Source: Patescibacteria group bacterium
GTDB lineage: Bacteria; Patescibacteriota; Patescibacteriia; Patescibacteriales; GWC2-42-12
Length of the DNA stretch: 64,000 nucleotides
NCBI GenBank assembly: GCA_028707005.1
Contig: JAQTVB010000001.1
Span: 755-64,754 of the forward strand
Direction of reading: 5' to 3'
Made by a program: the position numbers and the translations under genes. The notes beneath the pieces are model-generated. The model saw only the letters and a list, made by a program, of their open reading frames with translations. It was not told the DNA's origin and searched no databases. Below, in pieces: positions 9,395 to 18,959 of this stretch (the first letter of the stretch is position 1; each line of letters starts with the position of its first letter).

Positions 9395-10186
9395 TTACTT
9401 TGTCTTCTCCGCGACTAACTCAACTTTACTCACAACTTCTTTTTTCTCTTCCGTCTTTGTTTCCACCGCGGTTTCAGTTTTCACTTCCGGATTTTTCTCT
9501 TTCGCCACTTCAGTTTTCGCGGCTACTTCAACTTTCGGCTGCGCAATTTTCAGCTCCCCTTCTCCCTGAATCATCACCACGCTATTTCTCGCGCCCGGGA
9601 CTGCGCCGCTTACATATAGAATATTATTCGCCTGATCAACTTGCACGATTTTTACGTTGCTGGTTGTCACCCGGTCATTGCCCATGCGGCCGGACATCCT
9701 TTTGCCCTTCAAAACGTGCTGGATGCCGCCCGCGCCGATGGAGCCGGAAGTTCTTACCTGATCTTTGGTGCCATGAGTTTGAAAATGTCCGCTCCAGCCG
9801 TGCCGTTTCACGCCGCCCTGAAAACCCTTGCCTTTGGAAGTGCCGATCACCTTAACCGTATCACCAACCGCGAAAGTGCTTACATCAATGACATCGCCTA
9901 TCTTCAAATTTTTCACTTCATCTCTGAATTCCCTTAAATATTTTAAATTTTTCTTTCCATCCTTTGAAACTTGGCCGGCTTTCTTCAAATGGCCGAGTTG
10001 CGGCTGGCTAATATTTTTTTCTTTTCTTAAGCCAAACCCAAGCTGAACGGAATTATATCCATCGGTTTTAACATTCTTCAGCTGCACTACCGGACAAGGG
10101 CCGGCCTGAACTTTGGTTACGGCCACCACATTTTCACCCTGCCAAACCTGCGTCATTTCTAATTTTTTTCCTATAATATACTTCAT
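9395..10186 (-). CDS. rplC: 50S ribosomal protein L3
   Basis: GKKLEMTQ, DGYNSVQLG, SKGKGFQGGVKRHG, GKRMSGRMG; acidic/Lys tail. Confidence 0.98.
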   Translation of the reverse strand: MKYIIGKKLEMTQVWQGENVVAVTKVQAGPCPVVQLKNVKTDGYNSVQLGFGLRKEKNISQPQLGHLKKAGQVSKDGKKNLKYLREFRDEVKNLKIGDVIDVSTFAVGDTVKVIGTSKGKGFQGGVKRHGWSGHFQTHGTKDQVRTSGSIGAGGIQHVLKGKRMSGRMGNDRVTTSNVKIVQVDQANNILYVSGAVPGARNSVVMIQGEGELKIAQPKVEVAAKTEVAKEKNPEVKTETAVETKTEEKKEVVSKVELVAEKTK

Positions 10187-10341
10187 ACTAAAATATGCTT
10201 TTGCTTCTTTAAGTTATAAACTAAAACTAAATACAGGATATAATCCTAATACTACAAATGTTACACGAATACTACAAATATAATAATTTTGTAGTATTTG
10301 CATACTATTCGTAGTATTCGCATTTTAATATTCGTAGATAT

Positions 10342-10369
10342 AAAAAACTGGTCTTCAACAAAACCAGCT
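10342..10369 (-). terminator. Intrinsic terminator-like hairpin between rpsJ and rplC
   Basis: AGCTGGTTT-TGTTG-AAGACCAGTT followed by T run. Confidence 0.55.
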
Positions 10370-10570
10370 TAAGCCGCCCATGGCGGTTCAATTCTCTAGA
10401 CTTAATGGAATTTTAGCTGTTTTATTGGATTTACCTCGTTTTTATATCAACCATTATTCAAGCACTTTCCCGCAGGAGTTGCTTAAACAATCGTTAATAT
10501 TATCTAAAAAACATTCTAACTGATAATTAAATCTGTGTCAATCTGTCCAATCTATGTTCAATTTGTGCCC

Positions 10571-10948
10571 TTACATCTTAATCTCAATATCCACGCCAGC
10601 CGGCAGCCCCAGATTAGTCAACGACTCGATAGTCTTGGCCGTGGGTTCAATAATATCTACCAGCCTCTTATGAATTCTGATTTCATATTGATCCCGGGAA
10701 TCTTTATGCACAAAAGTAGAGCTATTGACTGTGTACTTTTTCTTTTCCGTCGGCAAAGGTATGGGTCCGTAAATCTGCGCTCCGGTCCGCTCGGCCGTGT
10801 CAATAATAGTCTTGGTTGATTGGTCAATAATCTTGTGATCAAAAGCCTTAATCTTAATGCGGATCCTTTGCTTAGACTCCTCATTAGCTTTTATCTCTTC
10901 TTTCGCCTTATCGTCTCTAATGGACTTTTTGTCTTTAGCTTCGGTCAT
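10571..10948 (-). CDS. rpsJ: 30S ribosomal protein S10
   Basis: [41 protein letters not shown]. Confidence 0.98.
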   Translation of the reverse strand: MTEAKDKKSIRDDKAKEEIKANEESKQRIRIKIKAFDHKIIDQSTKTIIDTAERTGAQIYGPIPLPTEKKKYTVNSSTFVHKDSRDQYEIRIHKRLVDIIEPTAKTIESLTNLGLPAGVDIEIKM

Positions 10949-11090
10949 GTAAAATAATTAATTCAAATCTACAAATGATATGCCAATCTACAAATATTTG
11001 TAGATTAGGATTATGTTTGTAGATTAGGATTATGTTTAAATAAGAACAAATTTGCCCCGCCGTTTAGTTACGGCAGGGCCGTATCTGCCA

Positions 11091-12278
11091 TTATTTAATA
11101 ATCTTAGTGACTACTCCAGCGCCCACGGTTTTGCCGCCTTCGCGAATAGCGAATCTCATCTTTTCTTCCAGAGCTACTTGGGCGATTAATTTAATCTTTA
11201 AATTAACCGTATCGCCGGGCATGACCATTTCCGTGCCGGCCGGCAATTCAACTTCGCCGGTGACATCGGTGGTGCGGATATAGAATTGCGGCTTATAGCC
11301 TTTGAAAAACGGCTTGTGGCGGCCGCCTTCTTCTTTGGTTAAGACGAAAACTTCGCCTTCAAATTCAGAATGAGGATGAACCGTGCCCGGTTTGGCCAAA
11401 ACCTGGCCTCTTTCCACTTCATCTTTTTTGGTGCCGCGTAAAAGCAAACCGGCGTTATCGCCAGCTTGGCCCTGATCCAATGATTTATTGAACATTTCAA
11501 TGCCGGTGATAACGGTCTTTTGCGTATCCCTTAAACCGATAATTTCCACTTCATCGTTTAATTTGATGGTGCCTCTCTCAATTCTGCCGGTCACGACTGT
11601 GCCGCGGCCTTCAATTGAGAAAATGTCTTCAACCGGCATCAAGAACGGCTTATCGGTTTCGCGCTTGGGTTCGGGGATATATTCATCCAAGGCTTTGGCC
11701 AAATCCAAAATGGCTTTGCCGTATTCCCCGTCCGGACTTTCCAGCGCCTTTAAAGCGCTGCCGCGGATAATCGGCGTGGTGTCGCCCGGGAATTCGTATT
11801 TCTTTAATAAATCGCGGATTTCTTCCTCAACCAAGTCAATTAATTCTTTATCTTCCACCATATCGCACTTGTTCAAGAAGACAATAATGTATGGTACGCC
11901 GACCTGTCTGGCCAAAAGAATGTGCTCTCTGGTTTGGGGCATGGGTCCGTCAGCGGCGGAAACCACTAAAATGGCTCCGTCCATTTGCGCCGCGCCGGTG
12001 ATCATGTTTTTAACATAGTCAGCATGGCCCGGGCAGTCCACGTGCGCATAGTGCCTTTTTTCAGTTTCATACTCAACGTGGCAAGTGGCGATAGTAATAC
12101 CGCGCGCCTTTTCTTCCGGCGCCGAGTCAATCTGGTCAACGCTTTTTTGGGTAGCCTTAAAACCCTTGTGATGCAATACCGTAAGCATTGCCGCGGTCAA
12201 GGTTGTTTTGCCATGATCCACATGGCCGATGGTTCCCACGTTAACATGGGGTTTTGAGCGATCAAATTTTTCTGCCAT
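11091..12278 (-). CDS. tuf: Elongation factor Tu
   Basis: [30 protein letters not shown]. Confidence 0.99.
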   Translation of the reverse strand: MAEKFDRSKPHVNVGTIGHVDHGKTTLTAAMLTVLHHKGFKATQKSVDQIDSAPEEKARGITIATCHVEYETEKRHYAHVDCPGHADYVKNMITGAAQMDGAILVVSAADGPMPQTREHILLARQVGVPYIIVFLNKCDMVEDKELIDLVEEEIRDLLKKYEFPGDTTPIIRGSALKALESPDGEYGKAILDLAKALDEYIPEPKRETDKPFLMPVEDIFSIEGRGTVVTGRIERGTIKLNDEVEIIGLRDTQKTVITGIEMFNKSLDQGQAGDNAGLLLRGTKKDEVERGQVLAKPGTVHPHSEFEGEVFVLTKEEGGRHKPFFKGYKPQFYIRTTDVTGEVELPAGTEMVMPGDTVNLKIKLIAQVALEEKMRFAIREGGKTVGAGVVTKIIK

Positions 12279-12310
12279 ATTATATTGTCTTAACGGCCCC
12301 CAACATCACC

Positions 12311-12339
12311 TTGTCATTCCCGCGAAAGCGGGAATCCAG
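12311..12339. repeat. Solo palindromic arm GTCATTCCCGCGAAAGCGGGAATCC
   Basis: Identical to 12581-12609; fits ATTCCC-N8-GGGAAT. Confidence 0.85.
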
Positions 12340-12449
12340 AAATTTTGGGGTTATCGCCCGATAATTTAAAAGGTGGGCGTCCAACCGTCTATAATTAATT
12401 TTATTATGAATTTTATTAAGGACACGATACGACAAGCTTGCATCGTGTT

Positions 12450-12527
12450 TGGAGCCCCCGATTGGAATCGAACCAATTACCTCGACCTCTTGCGAGGCCG
12501 CAGTCTAGCCATGTGACTTACGGGGGC
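12450..12527 (-). tRNA. Non-canonical tRNA / tRNA-like RNA (Thr-like body, 8-nt anticodon loop UCGCAAGA)
   Basis: GCCCCCG-TA-AGTC-ACATGGCTA-GACT-G-CGGCC-TCGCAAGA-GGTCG-AGGTA-ATTGG-TTCGATT-CCAAT-CGGGGGC-T-CCA; all four stems pair, CCA encoded. Confidence 0.85.
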
Positions 12528-12580
12528 GCCAAAAATTTTAAAAGTACATCTCCTTAACGAAATGCACAATCCTTATTTCT

Positions 12581-12699
12581 TTGTCATTCCCGCGAAAGCG
12601 GGAATCCAGGAGGGAGCGGCAGGAATGCGGCCGTTATGATAACATGTTCATGCCTCGCTCTCCTGGATTCCCGACAGCCTGCGGCTTCGGGAATGACAA
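12581..12699. repeat. TTGTCAT...ATGACAA-bordered palindromic element, empty copy
   Basis: ttgtcattcccgcgaaagcgggaatccaggagggagc ... gctctcctggattcccg...cgggaatgacaa. Confidence 0.85.
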
Positions 12700-12706
12700 C
12701 ATATAA

Positions 12707-13114
12707 TTAAAACGCCAAATCTTCCAGATACTGCCGGTCTTCTTCAATAATTTCTTCGGCGTTAACCTTTCTCTTTGGCGGAATTGACCAGCTTTTATTA
12801 AATTTTCTTATCATTTTCTCCCGCGCTTCTTCTTTATCTTCTTTAACCGGCAGCTCGGAAAAATAATCCAGGCTGGTGTCAAAATCTTTATCTTCAACTT
12901 GTTCGCTTTTCCAGATGGCAATATCGCGATTTATTTTATCAAGTAGCTCATCTTCTGTCAAGCCCCTAACCTCGCTTTTGCCTAAAACCAAGTTTTCATA
13001 ATCTTTCACCGACATGATTACAAAAGCGTTGTCCGGCTTGGAGCTGTCGAAAACAATTAATTTATCGCCGGTTTTTTTTACCAAATTAATCGCTTTTTGC
13101 AATTGATCCTGCAT
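12707..13114 (-). CDS. Hypothetical protein
   Basis: Clean 135-aa ORF with host-like composition and an upstream promoter. Confidence 0.8.
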   Translation of the reverse strand: MQDQLQKAINLVKKTGDKLIVFDSSKPDNAFVIMSVKDYENLVLGKSEVRGLTEDELLDKINRDIAIWKSEQVEDKDFDTSLDYFSELPVKEDKEEAREKMIRKFNKSWSIPPKRKVNAEEIIEEDRQYLEDLAF

Positions 13115-13187
13115 AACAATACGAATTACGAATTTATTACGAATTTACGAAAATTTAATATCGCTCACTCTAATGATTCGTATTTAC

Positions 13188-13216
13188 ATTATATTTTCTC
13201 TGGACTAAAAAGTCAA
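13188..13216 (-). promoter_or_regulatory. Sigma70-type promoter for the hypothetical-tRNA-like-tuf unit
   Basis: TTGACT-17 nt-TATAAT, enclosed by an inverted ACGAATT repeat pair (13119-13151 / 13259-13291). Confidence 0.7.
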
Positions 13217-13292
13217 ACACTGGACAAATTCCTGATAGAAAGAAACTTGACTTTTATATTCGTAAATTTGTAACTGATTCGTAATTCGTATG

Positions 13293-15374
13293 CTATTTTT
13301 TCTCTTTTTCCCCGATAATCTCTTCCGCCACGTTTCTCGGCACTTCGGCGTAATAGCCGAATTCCATGGTATAGCTGGCGCGGCCCTGGGTCATTGATCT
13401 GATCTGGGTGGCGTAACCGAACATTTCCGACAGCGGCACTTTTGCTTTGATGAATTTAACTACGCCGCGATCACCCATTTCTTCAATCTGCGCCCGTTTG
13501 GAATTCAGGTCGCCGATAACTTCGCCCATGAACTCCTCCGGGGTAACGGTTTCAACTTTCATAATCGGCTCTAAAATTACGGGCGAGGCGTGCTTGGCGG
13601 CGTCCTGGAAAGCCAGGGAGCCGGCGATTTTAAAAGCGGCTTCCGAAGAATCAACTTCATGGAAAGAGCCGTCAAAAACCGCGGCCTTGACATCCACGAT
13701 CGGATAGCCGGCTAGAATGCCCCGGCTCAAAGCTTCTTTCACGCCTTTTTCAATCGCCGGAATAAATTCGCGAGGAATTACGCCGCCTTTTACTTCATCA
13801 ATAAACTCAAAGCCCTTGCCCGTTTCATTGGGTTCAACTCTTAACCAGCAGTGGCCGTATTGGCCATGGCCGCCCGACTGCCTGATATATTTTCCTTCGG
13901 CTTCGGCTGATTTTTTGACGGTTTCGCGATAAGCTACCTGCGGCTTGCCCACGTTAGCTTCCACTTTAAACTCGCGCCTCATCCGGTCAACAATAATATC
14001 CAAATGAAGCTCGCCCATGCCGCCGATAATCGTCTGCATGGTTTCTTCGTCGCTTCTCACGCTAAAGGTTGGGTCCTCCTCCGCCAATTTAGCCAAAGCC
14101 ATACCCATTTTTTCCTGATCAGCTTTGGTTTTGGGCTCAATGGCAATATGAATAACCGGTTCGGGAAAGACAATTGACTCTAAAACCACCGGCCGAGTTT
14201 CCACGCATAAAGTATTGCCCGTGGTCGTGCCTTTCAAGCCGATTACCGCCGCGATTTCACCGGCGTAGACTTCCTGGACTTCTTCCCGGTGATTGGCGTG
14301 CATTCTTACGATGCGGCCGATTCTCTCTTTCTTGCCGGTAGAAGTATTTAAAACATAGGAACCGGAATTTAAAACGCCACTGTAAACTCTGATAAAACAA
14401 AGCTTGCCCACGTAAGGATCGGTGGCGATTTTAAAAGCCAAGGCCGCGAACGGCTCCGCGTCCGACGGCTTGACTTCAACAATTTTTTCTTTATCATCCG
14501 GATCAAAACCGGTGATAGCCGGCACATCTAACGGCGACGGCAAATAATCAACCACGCCGTCCAAAACGGCCTGGACGCCCTTATTCTTCAAAGCGCTGCC
14601 GCAAAAAACCGGCACGATTTTATTATGTATCACCGCTTGGCGCAAAACCTTTTTCAAATCTTCAATTTTAATTTCTTCGCCGGCTAAATATTTATTCATT
14701 AAAACTTCGTCATTTTCGGCAATCGCTTCAACCAGTTTGGCCCGAAAGTCTTCCACTTTTTCTTTCATCTCGGCCGGCACCTCTCTATCTTCCCATTTCG
14801 TGCCCAAGTCGTCTAAAAAAAACCGCGCTTTTCTTTCCAATAAATCTATCATGCCCTTAAACTGGTCTTCGGCGCCGATCGGCAACTGCACCGGATAGGC
14901 ATGTTTAGTAAGCCTTTTATGGATTGATTCCAAGTCTTTATAAAAATCGGCTCCGGTGCGGTCCATTTTATTGATAAAAGCCAGGCGCGGCACTTTGTAT
15001 TTGTCCGCCTGATGCCAAACGGTTTCCGATTGCGGCTCAACGCCGGCCACGCCGTCAAAGACGACCACGCCGCCATCCAAGACGCGCAATGAACGCTCCA
15101 CTTCGGCGGTAAAATCCACATGGCCAGGAGTGTCAATCAGGTTGATGCGGCAGTCTTTCCAAAAGCAAGTCGTGGCCGCGGAAGTAATAGTGATGCCGCG
15201 CTCGCGCTCCTGCTCCATCCAATCCAAATCGGTTGAACCTTCATGCACTTCGCCGATCTTATGTTTTTTGCCGGTATAAAAAAGAATCCGCTCGCTGGTA
15301 GTGGTCTTGCCGGCGTCAATATGCGCGATCACGCCGATATTCCTGGTTTTTTCCAAACTATATTCTCGGGGCAT
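13293..15374 (-). CDS. fusA: Elongation factor G
   Basis: [35 protein letters not shown]. Confidence 0.99.
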   Translation of the reverse strand: MPREYSLEKTRNIGVIAHIDAGKTTTSERILFYTGKKHKIGEVHEGSTDLDWMEQERERGITITSAATTCFWKDCRINLIDTPGHVDFTAEVERSLRVLDGGVVVFDGVAGVEPQSETVWHQADKYKVPRLAFINKMDRTGADFYKDLESIHKRLTKHAYPVQLPIGAEDQFKGMIDLLERKARFFLDDLGTKWEDREVPAEMKEKVEDFRAKLVEAIAENDEVLMNKYLAGEEIKIEDLKKVLRQAVIHNKIVPVFCGSALKNKGVQAVLDGVVDYLPSPLDVPAITGFDPDDKEKIVEVKPSDAEPFAALAFKIATDPYVGKLCFIRVYSGVLNSGSYVLNTSTGKKERIGRIVRMHANHREEVQEVYAGEIAAVIGLKGTTTGNTLCVETRPVVLESIVFPEPVIHIAIEPKTKADQEKMGMALAKLAEEDPTFSVRSDEETMQTIIGGMGELHLDIIVDRMRREFKVEANVGKPQVAYRETVKKSAEAEGKYIRQSGGHGQYGHCWLRVEPNETGKGFEFIDEVKGGVIPREFIPAIEKGVKEALSRGILAGYPIVDVKAAVFDGSFHEVDSSEAAFKIAGSLAFQDAAKHASPVILEPIMKVETVTPEEFMGEVIGDLNSKRAQIEEMGDRGVVKFIKAKVPLSEMFGYATQIRSMTQGRASYTMEFGYYAEVPRNVAEEIIGEKEKK

Positions 15375-15382
15375 AGAGTAAA

Positions 15383-15973
15383 AATTTTTAATTTTGTAAT
15401 TTTTAATTTTTAAACAATTTTCAATGATTTAATTTTCAAAAAATTTTTAGCCCCGAAATTCTCTTCGCACATTTTCATCTAATCGACTAATAAAACCGCT
15501 TCTATTTTCAGGCCGTATATCTGCAATTAATCTTTTTAAAAATGGGACATCTTTTTTTATTCTATCGGAAGCATATTGTATAGCGTAAGGATCGCCTCCA
15601 AGACCGTCCGTTCCCTTAGAGCACGCGCTAAAAACAACATCTTCATCGTCTCGTAAACTATTAGACGCAAATCTTAAATACTCGCCATTGTGTAATCTCA
15701 AAAAAGCCTTCATAAAATCTTTGTCGTTTACCAAGGTCGGATCACCTTGCTCAACTAGCTCAGCTAATTGAGTAAGTTCTTCATTATTCATTTCTCTTCC
15801 TGATTTATGTGCAGCAAGAATATGTCTTCTTAAAGTTAACGCTTCATTTTCGTTTGGTTGTCGCGGGATTTGTTCTGGCATTTTTTATAAACAATAACTC
15901 AATTTCTCTTTTCAAAATTGAAAATTGAGAATTGAAAATTGTTTAAAAATTAAAAATTACAAAATTAAAAATT
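15383..15973. mobile_element. Gene cassette bracketed by a perfect 43-bp inverted repeat
   Basis: 15383-15425 is the exact reverse complement of 15931-15973; mobility is inferred. Confidence 0.6.
15447..15881 (-). CDS. DUF4116-like repeat protein between rpsG and fusA
   Basis: LRFASNSLRDDEDVVFSAC and IQYASDRIKKD resemble DUF4116 repeats; AT-rich codons. Confidence 0.7.
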   Translation of the reverse strand: MPEQIPRQPNENEALTLRRHILAAHKSGREMNNEELTQLAELVEQGDPTLVNDKDFMKAFLRLHNGEYLRFASNSLRDDEDVVFSACSKGTDGLGGDPYAIQYASDRIKKDVPFLKRLIADIRPENRSGFISRLDENVRREFRG

Positions 15974-15979
15974 ACTGTA

Positions 15980-16447
15980 TTATCTCGCGAAGTGCGCGAA
16001 CGCCTTGTTGGCTTCGGCCATGCGGTGCACTTCGGCGCGCTTCTTCACGGCCGTACCCTCGCCCTTGGCCGCGTCCATAATCTCGGCCGCCAGCTTTTCC
16101 GCCATGGGTTTTCCCTTGCGGGCCCGGGCCGCTTCAATCAGCCAGCGGCAGCCTAAAGCAAAACGCCGTTCGCCTCTAACCTGAAAAGGAATCTGGTAAT
16201 TGGCTCCGCCGACGCGCCGGCCGCGGATTTCCAAAAGCGGACTAACCTGCTTTAAAGCTTTATTAAAAACGTGCCTGGGATCCTGCTTGGTCATTTCTTT
16301 TACAATATCAAAACAGCTGTAGACGATTTTTTGCGCCACGGATTTTTTACCGCGCTCCATGATGTAATTAATAAATTTAGCGATATCCAAATCGTTGAAT
16401 CTCGCCTCCGGCAAAATTTTTCTTTTGCTTACTGCTTTTCCTCTCAT
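15980..16447 (-). CDS. rpsG: 30S ribosomal protein S7
   Basis: GKKSVAQKIVY, RRVGGANYQIP, HRMAEANKAFAHF; start at MRGK. Confidence 0.98.
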   Translation of the reverse strand: MRGKAVSKRKILPEARFNDLDIAKFINYIMERGKKSVAQKIVYSCFDIVKEMTKQDPRHVFNKALKQVSPLLEIRGRRVGGANYQIPFQVRGERRFALGCRWLIEAARARKGKPMAEKLAAEIMDAAKGEGTAVKKRAEVHRMAEANKAFAHFAR

Positions 16448-16518
16448 ATTGGTCAATTAAGAATTACGAATTATCAATTACGAATTAAAATTCGTAATTC
16501 GTAATTTTTAATTGTTAA

Positions 16519-16938
16519 TTATTTTTTTGGTCTTTTTGCTCCGTAGCTTGACCGGCTCTGCATGCGGCCTTCCACGCCCAAAGTATCATAAACGCCGCGG
16601 ACAATCTTATACCTTACGCCCGGCAAATCCTTGGTGCGGCCGCCTTTAATTAAAACGATGGAGTGTTCCTGCAAGTTATGGCCTTCGCCCGGGATATAAG
16701 CGGTTACTTCCATGCCGTTGGATAATCTTACGCGGGCGATTTTTCTTAAAGCCGAGTTAGGTTTCTTGGGCGTGGTGGTGGTTACCTTAACGCAAACGCC
16801 GCGCTTAAACGGCGCGCCTTTGGGCAATTCGGTTCTTTTCCTATGCAAAGTATCCAGCGTTGATTGCAGCGCCGGCGACTTGGTTTTGCTTTTGTTTGAA
16901 TGCCGCCCCTGGCGGACCAGCTGATTTATTGTGGGCAT
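16519..16938 (-). CDS. rpsL: 30S ribosomal protein S12
   Basis: [32 protein letters not shown]. Confidence 0.99.
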   Translation of the reverse strand: MPTINQLVRQGRHSNKSKTKSPALQSTLDTLHRKRTELPKGAPFKRGVCVKVTTTTPKKPNSALRKIARVRLSNGMEVTAYIPGEGHNLQEHSIVLIKGGRTKDLPGVRYKIVRGVYDTLGVEGRMQSRSSYGAKRPKK

Positions 16939-17133
16939 ATGAAAAAATTTTTAATTTTATAATTTAATAATACGAATTACGAATCTGCTACGAATTTACG
17001 AATGAATATAATGCAAAACATAAACGAGGTAGATGGCGCGGTTATCAGTATTCGTAAATTCGTAATTCGCATCCCTTTAGTAAAAAAACAAACCCGTATA
17101 CGCGGGATATTTAAAAAACTAACGGCTTATTCT

Positions 17134-17162
17134 AATCTAACACAAGGTAAAAAAATGGTCAA
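17134..17162 (-). promoter_or_regulatory. Putative rpsL promoter
   Basis: TTGACC-17 nt-TAGATT. Confidence 0.55.
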
Positions 17163-17398
17163 GAGCGCTTATTGCTTACTTTCTTCTCCAATATTTCCAC
17201 TCGCCGTTGCAATTCTACTAGCTCAAATCGGTAAGCCACATTGTCTAGTTTTAGTTTAATTTCCTCCTGGCCTCGCTCTAAAGTATCTAACCGCTCTTCT
17301 GTGCGATTAAACCTCTTACTATGGCTATTTTCCGCTTCAGCAAAGCCAGTTTGCACCATAGCCGCCAAATCTTCAATTGTCACTTTTTTATTTTTCAT
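17159..17398 (-). CDS. Small coiled-coil hypothetical protein, probably leaderless
   Basis: Heptad-rich ORF; TTGAAT-16-(TGc)TATAAT ends 6 nt before the ATG. Confidence 0.75.
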   Translation of the reverse strand: MKNKKVTIEDLAAMVQTGFAEAENSHSKRFNRTEERLDTLERGQEEIKLKLDNVAYRFELVELQRRVEILEKKVSNKRS

Positions 17399-17431
17399 AA
17401 GTATATTATAGCAAAACTTGATATTTATTCA

Positions 17432-17701
17432 AGGGCTCCGCTTCTTCTCAAACGGATAAAAACCCTAGCTGGTTATAAAGAAGGGCGACATAGAGTTCTT
17501 CTCGCAGTCGCCCTGGCCATTGGTTTTCGCTCGCTTGCGCAAGCGACCTCTCCCTGGCCGGGGAGAGCGGTGTTAATCGCCCTTAGTTCTGGTTCTGGGT
17601 GTTGTTAAAGGTGTTCATAGGCAGAAGTGCCGAATTGAACGTTGTGGTTGTGAGTTATACAACTAACCCGCCTCCCTTTTTCTCCGGGTCGTTGTCCATT
17701 A
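17432..17701 (-). ncRNA. Candidate structured RNA (~270 nt), family not recognised
   Basis: Promoter TTTACA-17-TAAGAT (17708-17736); about six GC-rich stems separated by A/C-rich linkers; only tiny ORFs. Confidence 0.45.
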
Positions 17702-17750
17702 CTTATTATCTTATAACAAAACAAACCCCCTGTAAAGGAGTTGTGAGGTA

Positions 17751-17820
17751 GTAGATATGAGATATGAGATATGAGATACGAGCTACGAGCTGTGAGATGT
17801 GAGATATGAGCTGTGAGATT
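17751..17820. repeat. Heptamer tandem repeat (TGAGATA/CGAGCTA/TGAGCTG)
   Basis: About 9-10 units right after the site-2 protease stop. Confidence 0.85.
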
Positions 17821-17821
17821 T

Positions 17822-18424
17822 TTACATGCCCACAATCAGCCTAAACAAAAAATTGATAAGCGGCACGATCAAAGAAAAGCCGAACAGCGCAAACAACAAA
17901 ACAAACATAAAGCCATAATGCTCAAGCTGCGATAATGTCCTTTGCCAGTCATAAGGCAAAAACGGCAAGAGCACTTTAGCGCCGTCCAAGGGCGGTATGG
18001 GCAGAAGATTAAATATCATCAGCACTAAATTTATTTGCACAATGGCGGCTATTAAGGAAGCCATGGCCAGGCTTAAGCCGGGGAAAAATCTTAAGACCAG
18101 CCCGAAAAACAAAGCGGTAATCAAATTGGCCAGCGGGCCGGCAACCGCTACTTTGGCGATGCCGTATTTCTGATCGCGCAAATTATACGGGTTGAAGGGC
18201 ACGGGTTTGGCATAACCAAAGGCTAAAGCGCCATTCGTGCCGAAAAATAAAAATAGCGGCATCAAAACAGAGCCCCACCAGTCAATGTGCGCCAGAGGAT
18301 TCAAAGTCAACCGGCCGGCATCGCGCGCCGTCGGATCGCCCAGCCTGTCCGCCATCCAGCCATGCATATATTCATGGATAACGGCGGAAAATAGAATAAT
18401 AATCAGAATATATATAATCGCCAT
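17822..18424 (-). CDS. Site-2 protease (peptidase M50)
   Basis: HEYMH, GRLTLNPLAHID, AGPLAN, FNLLPIPPLDG. Confidence 0.95.
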   Translation of the reverse strand: MAIIYILIIILFSAVIHEYMHGWMADRLGDPTARDAGRLTLNPLAHIDWWGSVLMPLFLFFGTNGALAFGYAKPVPFNPYNLRDQKYGIAKVAVAGPLANLITALFFGLVLRFFPGLSLAMASLIAAIVQINLVLMIFNLLPIPPLDGAKVLLPFLPYDWQRTLSQLEHYGFMFVLLFALFGFSLIVPLINFLFRLIVGM

Positions 18425-18640
18425 AGTTTAAAACAATATAATATAAATCCTAAACCCCAATGACCAATCACCAATCAAGCTCTAAGTCTTAAATTCCAAT
18501 TTATATTTGGTCATTGTGAATTGAAAGTTGGGAATTGCATTTTAATTTTACCACTTCTTGCTTATTTTCACAAAACATGCTACCCTTTATTCATAATTCA
18601 TTACTTGCCTGCCGGTAGGCAGGTTCATTATCTATAACTT

Positions 18641-18817
18641 ATGGCTACGAAATGCTCTCTTTGCGGACGGGGTTCGACTCGCGACGCCTCTCGTTCTCAT
18701 TCCAACATTCAAACTTTAAAAAGGCAGCATATTAATCTGCAAGTAAAAAAAATCAACGGCCGCCGGCTGGCGGTCTGCGCCAAATGCATTAAAAGCCTGG
18801 CCAAAAAGAAAAAATAA
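18641..18817 (+). CDS. rpmB: 50S ribosomal protein L28 (absent from ORF track)
   Basis: MATKCSLCGRGSTRDASRSHSNIQTLKRQHINLQ...VCAKCIKSLAKKKK. Confidence 0.93.
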   Translation: MATKCSLCGRGSTRDASRSHSNIQTLKRQHINLQVKKINGRRLAVCAKCIKSLAKKKK

Positions 18818-18841
18818 TTTTCTTTTTATTTTATGTCCTCT

Positions 18842-18874
18842 AAAAATCCCGCCGGTCTCCGGCGGGATTTTTTT
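18842..18874. terminator. Bidirectional intrinsic terminator
   Basis: AAAATCCCGCCGG-TCT-CCGGCGGGATTTTTT between convergent genes. Confidence 0.85.
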
Positions 18875-18959
18875 ATCTGTATCTTAGGCTGGAAACTTTT
18901 TTTCCTGACTTTTTCCTGTGCTTTTTCCAAGCCATTTTTTTCTTTTTGTTCATATGATT

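Noticed and set aside
13-16924. Many plus-strand ORFs opposite r-protein, tuf and fusA genes
   Set aside because: Antisense shadows of conserved genes with no motifs
17605-17660. ATAACT followed by HNHNVQFGTSAYEHL* looked like a tmRNA tag frame
   Set aside because: No tRNA-Ala-like ends (GGGG.. / ..TCCACCA) on either strand and no Ala-rich tag end
17751-17820. Tandem repeats as a CRISPR array
   Set aside because: 7-nt units without unique spacers; no cas genes in the window
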